This document shows, one piece after another, positions 8,556-12,442 of a stretch of 12,442 nt of DNA; within the stretch, counting starts at the first letter, position 1, and each line of letters starts with the position of its first letter. The stretch is taken from positions 1 through 12,442 of the forward strand of contig JAYPJE010000092.1 of NCBI GenBank assembly GCA_038128265.1. Direction: 5' to 3'. This stretch comes from Gemmatimonadota bacterium. Its GTDB lineage: Bacteria; Latescibacterota; UBA2968; UBA8231. The notes beneath the pieces were generated by a model. The model did no database searches. It was given only the letters and a program-made list of their open reading frames with translations, and was not told the origin of the DNA. A program made the position numbers and the translations under genes.

Positions 8556-9221
8556 CTACTCGTCTGAGCCGCCGCGGGCCAGCATGACGTAGTAGAGCAG
8601 CTGCATGACTGCAGCGGCCGTAGCAGCGACATAGGTCATGGCCGCCGCGTTGAGCACCTTGCGCGCAGAGCCCACTTCGTCTCCGGCCAGATAGCCGCCG
8701 TTTGACAGAATGGCCATGGCGCGCGAGCTCGCGTTAAACTCGACGGGCAGCGTGACGATTTGAAAGAGCACGGCGCCGGCAAAGAAGATCACGCCGAGGT
8801 TTACCAGGCCCATGGCACCGAAGATCATGCCGGCAAAAATCAGCGGCATGCCTAGCTGAGAGCCGAGATTGGCGACCGGAAGAATGGCGTGGCGCAGGTT
8901 CAGCGGGTAGTAGCCCGTGGCGTGCTGAATGGCGTGTCCCACCTCGTGTGCGGCGACGGCCAGCCCAGCCAAGTGATGGCCGTGAAAATTGTCCGATGAG
9001 AGGCGCACGACCTTGTCGCGCGGGTCGTAGTGATCGGACAGCGTTCCGCCCACTTCCTCGACGCCAACGTCGTAGATGCCGTTTTCGCGCAGAATGCGCC
9101 GCGCCGTTTCCGCCCCGCTTATCCTCGCCATCGAGCCCACGCTGCTGTATTTCTTGAAGGCACTGCGCACTTTCCACTGCGCGAGGGCGACTAGTATCAT
9201 TGGAAGAATAAAGTAGAGCAT
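8556..9221 (-). CDS. Putative membrane-associated neutral zinc metallopeptidase (Zn_peptidase_2 / YugP-like), 221 aa
   Basis: Motifs SGAETARRIL, GTLSDHYDP, VAAHEVGHAIQH (HExxH), LFQIVTLPVEFNASSRA, VLNAAAMTYVAA, plus hydrophobic segments. RBS GAGGAG at 9232-9237. Confidence 0.95.
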   Translation of the reverse strand: MLYFILPMILVALAQWKVRSAFKKYSSVGSMARISGAETARRILRENGIYDVGVEEVGGTLSDHYDPRDKVVRLSSDNFHGHHLAGLAVAAHEVGHAIQHATGYYPLNLRHAILPVANLGSQLGMPLIFAGMIFGAMGLVNLGVIFFAGAVLFQIVTLPVEFNASSRAMAILSNGGYLAGDEVGSARKVLNAAAMTYVAATAAAVMQLLYYVMLARGGSDE

Positions 9222-9304
9222 TACAGGCGAACTCCTCGATTAAAAGGACGATGTGTATTGGCTTGCAATTGTGACGCCCCACGGCGCCAATCTGTTCACG
9301 TTAT

Positions 9305-9332
9305 AGTATAGAAAACCGCGGAATGCTGGCAA
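9305..9332 (-). promoter_or_regulatory. Candidate sigma-70 promoter for the zinc peptidase gene (TTGCCA-N16-TATACT)
   Basis: Minus-strand TTGCCA at 9332-9327 and TATACT at 9310-9305. It overlaps the Hsp20 terminator hairpin. Confidence 0.5.
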
Positions 9333-9345
9333 GCACCCCGCGGTT
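9312..9345 (-). terminator. Intrinsic terminator after the Hsp20 pair
   Basis: Minus-strand RNA AACCGCGGGGUGCU-UGCC-AGCAUUCCGCGGUU then UUCUAU. Two G-U pairs form only on the minus strand. Starts 6 nt after the stop at 9352. Confidence 0.8.
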
Positions 9346-9351
9346 CGCATG

Positions 9352-9720
9352 CTAGTTGAGCGCTACGGGAATGGTGCGGGGCTGTGCACGCTCGGCTTTG
9401 GGTAGCGTGAGTGTGAGTAGGCCGTCTTTTAACTCGGCTTGAATGGCCGAGCCGTCTATGGCATCGCTCAGGCGAAAGTGGCGCTCGTAGGCCAGTGCTT
9501 CGATGCTGTTGGCTTCGCTCCCTGCGTAGCGGATAGGGCGCGTCTGAGCCCGCACCGTTAGCGTGCTGTGTTCGAGCGTAATGTGCAGATCGTCTGAGGC
9601 GACCCCGGGCAGTTCGAGCTGGGCTTGGTAGCCCGCTTCGACTGCGTATATATCGGCCCGCGGTGTCTGCGTGCGCAGGAGGCGCTGTTGGTCTGTCGTC
9701 TGAAGGGCATCGGTTGTCAT
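9352..9720 (-). CDS. Hsp20/alpha-crystallin small heat-shock protein (second of pair), 122 aa
   Basis: Motifs PRADIY, LELPGV, YERHFRL, IQAELKDGLLTLTLPK and C-terminal IPV (IxI/V). RBS AGGAG upstream of ATG 9720. Confidence 0.95.
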   Translation of the reverse strand: MTTDALQTTDQQRLLRTQTPRADIYAVEAGYQAQLELPGVASDDLHITLEHSTLTVRAQTRPIRYAGSEANSIEALAYERHFRLSDAIDGSAIQAELKDGLLTLTLPKAERAQPRTIPVALN

Positions 9721-9748
9721 GGTAGATTCTCCTATTGCATTAAGTGAG

Positions 9749-10159
9749 CTATTGAACGGCTATTTCGATTTTACGCGGCTTGTCCGCTTCGAGGCGCGGC
9801 AGGCGAATTTCCAAGATTCCGTCTGTTAAACGGGCCTGTGCGGCATCTGCGTCTACGGCGAAGGGCAGGCGCACGCGGCGGTCAAAGCGGCCGGTCCAGC
9901 GCTCGCGGCGCAGGTATTCGCGCTCGCCTTCCGTCTTGCGTTCGCCGCTGATGCGCAGCGCATTGTCGCGCACTTCGACTTCGATTTCGCCCAAGGTAAA
10001 GCCCGGAAGCTCGGCACGCACGACGGCTTCGTCTTCGCTGTTCCACATACCCATGGGCGGATGCGTAGCCGCGGGCCAGCCGTCGACGAGGCGATCGATC
10101 TCCGTGCGGATGGCTGCAGCGGGATGGGCGATGCGCAGCAAATGGGGGAAGGTCAACAT
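9749..10159 (-). CDS. Hsp20/alpha-crystallin small heat-shock protein (first of pair), 136 aa
   Basis: Motifs VRAELPG, LRISGERK, RRERWTGRFDRRVRLP, ARLTDGILEIRLP and C-terminal IEI. RBS AAGGAG 8 nt upstream of the ATG. Confidence 0.96.
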   Translation of the reverse strand: MLTFPHLLRIAHPAAAIRTEIDRLVDGWPAATHPPMGMWNSEDEAVVRAELPGFTLGEIEVEVRDNALRISGERKTEGEREYLRRERWTGRFDRRVRLPFAVDADAAQARLTDGILEIRLPRLEADKPRKIEIAVQ

Positions 10160-10217
10160 GGTATCAACTCCTTGTTAAATGTATGTGGCACTGTTTGCCG
10201 TGGTTCGCCTGGCTTTT

Positions 10218-10233
10218 TGCAAAGCCCGTGCCA
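10218..10233 (-). promoter_or_regulatory. Sigma-54 (RpoN) -24/-12 promoter for the Hsp20 pair
   Basis: Minus strand reads TGGCACG-GGCT-TTGCA, an exact match to TGGCACG-N4-TTGCW. Correctly oriented, with predicted +1 near 10207, about 48 nt before the ATG. Confidence 0.88.
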
Positions 10234-10234
10234 T

Positions 10235-10255
10235 CATATGGGATAAGTCCATATG
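10235..10255. promoter_or_regulatory. Inverted repeat CATATGG-N7-CCATATG abutting the -24 element
   Basis: Perfect 7-bp arms at 10235-10241 and 10249-10255. Function is not established. Confidence 0.4.
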
Positions 10256-10320
10256 TAATTAATTTTATTTCACTTACGGCTTATTGAGCCAAAGCGGGCT
10301 TGGAGCCTCAAAATGCAATA

Positions 10321-10376
10321 GAGCCAAAATGGCACTTCATGCCGTATTAAAACTGACCCAAACTGCCATTTTGTCT
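10321..10376. promoter_or_regulatory. Candidate upstream activator sites: inverted repeat CAAAATGGCA-N29-TGCCATTTTG
   Basis: Perfect 10-bp arms at 10325-10334 and 10364-10373, about 120-165 nt upstream of the predicted sigma-54 start. This is the usual position of enhancer-binding-protein sites. Confidence 0.55.
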
Positions 10377-10389
10377 TTCTCTTATTGTA

Positions 10390-10418
10390 TTGCTGCGCGC
10401 GAGCGGAATGCGTATCAT
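10390..10418 (+). promoter_or_regulatory. Candidate sigma-70 promoter for the MBL hydrolase operon (TTGCTG-N17-TATCAT)
   Basis: TTGCTG at 10390-10395, 17-nt spacer, TATCAT at 10413-10418, followed by RBS GGGAGG (10429-10434) and ATG 10439. Confidence 0.5.
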
Positions 10419-10438
10419 CATGCGCACCGGGAGGCCCT

Positions 10439-12229
10439 ATGAACACTGCGTGGACGCAGCTGGATACCGATCTATTCGCCTTTTTTGACGATAGCTGCAC
10501 CGTCTATCTGCTGCGCTATGGCGATTGTGCGCTGGTCGTCGACTTTGCCACCGGGCGCTTTTTAGACCACCTGGACGAAATCGGCGTTCGCCACGTCGAG
10601 CACGTCGTCCTCACCCACGCGCACCGCGACCAGTGCTGCGGACTCTATCGCGGCAAAGAGGGTGACTGGACGCTGCACGCCCCGGCCGGCGATCGACCGC
10701 TTTTGGCTGTCGAATCGCACGCGGCGTTTTGGGCTGCCTACCAACACAACGGCTGTCCGGGCAATTACGCTGCGCCGCGCCTGCCGCTTTCCCACGCCAT
10801 ATGCGATCTGCAGGCCGACAGCGAGCGCCAGTTGGGGCCCGTGCGCCTGTGTGCGATCGCCACGCCCGGCCATACGCGCGGCGCGCTCACTTATCTAGTG
10901 GAGTGGCACGGACGCGACTTGGCCTTCTGCGGCGATGCGCTGTGCGGCGATGGAACCGTACATCAGCCTTACCACTTGGAGTGGGATCACTGGACGGCGG
11001 GCGGTGCGCTAGAAGCGTGGCACGGACTGCAGCGCTTGGGCTACTGTCGCATTGATAGGCTGCTGCCCTCGCATGGGGCACCCATTGTTCAGGGTGCGCG
11101 GGCATCTATAAGGAAGACGCAGCGCAACCTGATGCGCCTGCTGCGGGCAAAGGGCTCGGTGTGCGCGGGAGCGAAAAACCGCTGGTGGCCTACGGAAGAT
11201 GTGGGCTATGCGCGGCGCGTGCTGCCCCACCTGTACCACTTTGGCGCCAATAGCTTTTTGCTGGTCAGCGCGGGAGGCGAGGGACTCGTCGTCGACCCGC
11301 AGCGCGCCGATATCGAGCAGCTGGAGCCGCTGGTAAAAGCGCTCGGCGTAGAGCGCATTAGCGCGTCGACGGCCACGCATTACCACTCCGACCATTCCGA
11401 CGGGCTCAACTATGTGCGCCAGCGCTGGGGTGCGGCCGTTTGGCTGCATCCTTGGGTGGCCGAGCCCATTCGCGACCGCAATCAGTTTGAGGTGCCGTGG
11501 CTGCCCGCCGAATCGGTCGAAGCGGATCGCATATTGCCGACAGAGGGACGCTTTCGCTGGAGTGAATACGTTTTCTCTATTCGTCCCTTTCCCGGTCAGA
11601 CCTGGTGGCACTGTGCGTTTGACGCCCATATCGACGGGCAGCACGTGCTCTTTTCGGGTGACAATTTTCAGCCGCCGTCGCGCTGGAACGGCACGGGCGG
11701 TTTTTGCGCCTTTAACGGCAGCCGTTTTGCCGAAGGCTTTGCCCGTTCGGCGCAGGTTGTGCTCGATATGGCGCCCGATCTAATTTGCAACGGACACGGC
11801 TGTATCTATCCGTTTTCCGCTGATCAGTACCGGCGCATTGTGCGCTGGTCGGAGGGGGCCGAAGAGAGCGTGCGCGCGCTGAGTGCGAGCGACGACTGGC
11901 TGGCGGCCTACGATCCGCGCTCTATGCGCCTGCAGCCCTTTGTGCAGCGCGCGCGGCCCGGTCAGAAGCTGGAACTGACGTTTGTTGTTACCAACACAAG
12001 CGCGCAGCGCGTCGATATGATGCTGCATCCCATCGTACCGTCGGGTTGGAAGGTGGGCGCCGTGCGCGGCAGGGCGCGCATCGCGGCCGGTGCTACGCGC
12101 ACGGTGCGCATGGAAATTGCGCTGCCGCGCCGCGCCGCGGTGGGGCGCCATATATGCAGCGTCGATGTCGAAGTCGGCGGTCAGCTGCGCGCCGAAGCCT
12201 GCGTGGCGCTCGTCGACGTCGAGCGTTGA
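10439..12229 (+). CDS. Tandem metallo-beta-lactamase-fold hydrolase with C-terminal NEW3-like Ig domain, 596 aa
   Basis: Start moved to ATG 10439 (RBS GGGAGG). Domain 1: VVDF, THAHRDQ, TPGHT, CGD, LPSHG. Domain 2: VVDP, THYHSDH, FPGQT, SGD, CNGHG. C-terminus PGQKLELTFVVTN...VPSGWKV...IAAGATRTVRMEIALP...AVGRH resembles NEW3 (NPCBM-associated). No signal peptide seen. Confidence 0.88.
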   Translation: MNTAWTQLDTDLFAFFDDSCTVYLLRYGDCALVVDFATGRFLDHLDEIGVRHVEHVVLTHAHRDQCCGLYRGKEGDWTLHAPAGDRPLLAVESHAAFWAAYQHNGCPGNYAAPRLPLSHAICDLQADSERQLGPVRLCAIATPGHTRGALTYLVEWHGRDLAFCGDALCGDGTVHQPYHLEWDHWTAGGALEAWHGLQRLGYCRIDRLLPSHGAPIVQGARASIRKTQRNLMRLLRAKGSVCAGAKNRWWPTEDVGYARRVLPHLYHFGANSFLLVSAGGEGLVVDPQRADIEQLEPLVKALGVERISASTATHYHSDHSDGLNYVRQRWGAAVWLHPWVAEPIRDRNQFEVPWLPAESVEADRILPTEGRFRWSEYVFSIRPFPGQTWWHCAFDAHIDGQHVLFSGDNFQPPSRWNGTGGFCAFNGSRFAEGFARSAQVVLDMAPDLICNGHGCIYPFSADQYRRIVRWSEGAEESVRALSASDDWLAAYDPRSMRLQPFVQRARPGQKLELTFVVTNTSAQRVDMMLHPIVPSGWKVGAVRGRARIAAGATRTVRMEIALPRRAAVGRHICSVDVEVGGQLRAEACVALVDVER

Positions 12230-12245
12230 GGAGAGGAGAGCCGCT

Positions 12246-12442
12246 ATGAAATTTATCGTTGCCGTTGACTGCGAGGGCGTTGCCTGTGGTGTGGGATCGC
12301 CAGGCGCGTCGCTCAACGAATCGCGCAACCTGGAATTCGCCAAATTGCAGGCTACGCGCGAAGCCGATGCGGCGGCGCGCGGCTTCTTTGAGGCTGGCGC
12401 CGAGCAGGTCATCGTCTGGGACAATCACAACGGCAGCCTCAA
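12246..12442 (+). CDS. M55 family metallopeptidase (DppA-like D-aminopeptidase), 5' fragment running off the right edge
   Basis: Manual translation: MKFIVAVDCEGVACGVGSPGASLNESRNLEFAKLQATREADAAARGFFEAGAEQVIVWDNHNGSL. Matches the M55 pattern MKxxxxxDxEG...T.E..AA..G...AGA.EV.V.D.H. Purine-rich RBS GAGGAGAGGAG at 12228-12238. Absent from the ORF track. Confidence 0.9.
   Translation, partial: MKFIVAVDCEGVACGVGSPGASLNESRNLEFAKLQATREADAAARGFFEAGAEQVIVWDNHNGSL

Noticed and set aside
10186..10198. Plus-strand TGGCAC-TGT-TTGC as a sigma-54 promoter
   Set aside because: GG-to-GC spacing is 8 nt instead of the obligatory 10.
10160..10207. RNA thermometer in the Hsp20 leader (UUAAC-AAGGA-GUUGA and GGCA-AACAG-UGCC hairpins)
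   Set aside because: Stems are only 4-5 bp, the SD lies mostly in a loop, and there is no ROSE U(U/C)GCU or fourU anti-SD.
10330..10343. Plus-strand TGGCACTTCATGCC as a sigma-54 promoter for the MBL gene
   Set aside because: Wrong spacing (8 nt). Better explained as part of the inverted-repeat box.
10250..10390. AT-rich patch as foreign DNA or an insertion scar
   Set aside because: It is short, confined to a divergent promoter region, and has no integrase, transposase or target-site duplication.
10385..10438. N-terminal extension of the 614-aa ORF (TTG 10385)
   Set aside because: It overlaps the candidate promoter. ATG 10439 has a GGGAGG RBS.
10061..10500. Small ORFs 10061-10246 (+) and 10270-10500 (-) across the divergent intergenic region
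   Set aside because: They overlap promoter elements and neighbouring CDSs, and have no convincing RBS or protein-like features.
11780..12428. Minus-strand ORFs 11780-12424 and 12093-12428
   Set aside because: Antisense to the MBL 3' end and to the clearly recognisable M55 peptidase start.

Overview
GC-rich, gene-dense chromosomal window from a diderm bacterium, with two divergent arms meeting at an AT-rich intergenic region (10160-10438). Minus arm in transcription order: two tandem Hsp20 small heat-shock genes behind a consensus sigma-54 promoter, a terminator, a YugP-type membrane zinc peptidase, a terminator, then a tightly coupled run of a secreted DUF4412-like protein, TamB (1428 aa), a 3-POTRA Omp85/TamA-like protein, and ilvD (cut by the left edge, missing from the ORF track). 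Plus arm: a tandem metallo-beta-lactamase-fold hydrolase with a C-terminal NEW3-like domain, then an M55 D-aminopeptidase (cut by the right edge, also missing from the track). I found no mobile elements, CRISPR arrays or RNA genes. The best leads are: (1) a possible three-component envelope bridge whose Omp85 has a variant L6 motif and an acidic tandem-repeat loop; (2) strong enrichment of Bacteroidota-type O-glycosylation sequons in TamB; (3) a full sigma-54 promoter/enhancer layout on the Hsp20 pair; (4) complementary His-to-Gln losses in the two MBL domains. All family calls come from motif recognition by eye, with no database searches, so novelty is unverified.
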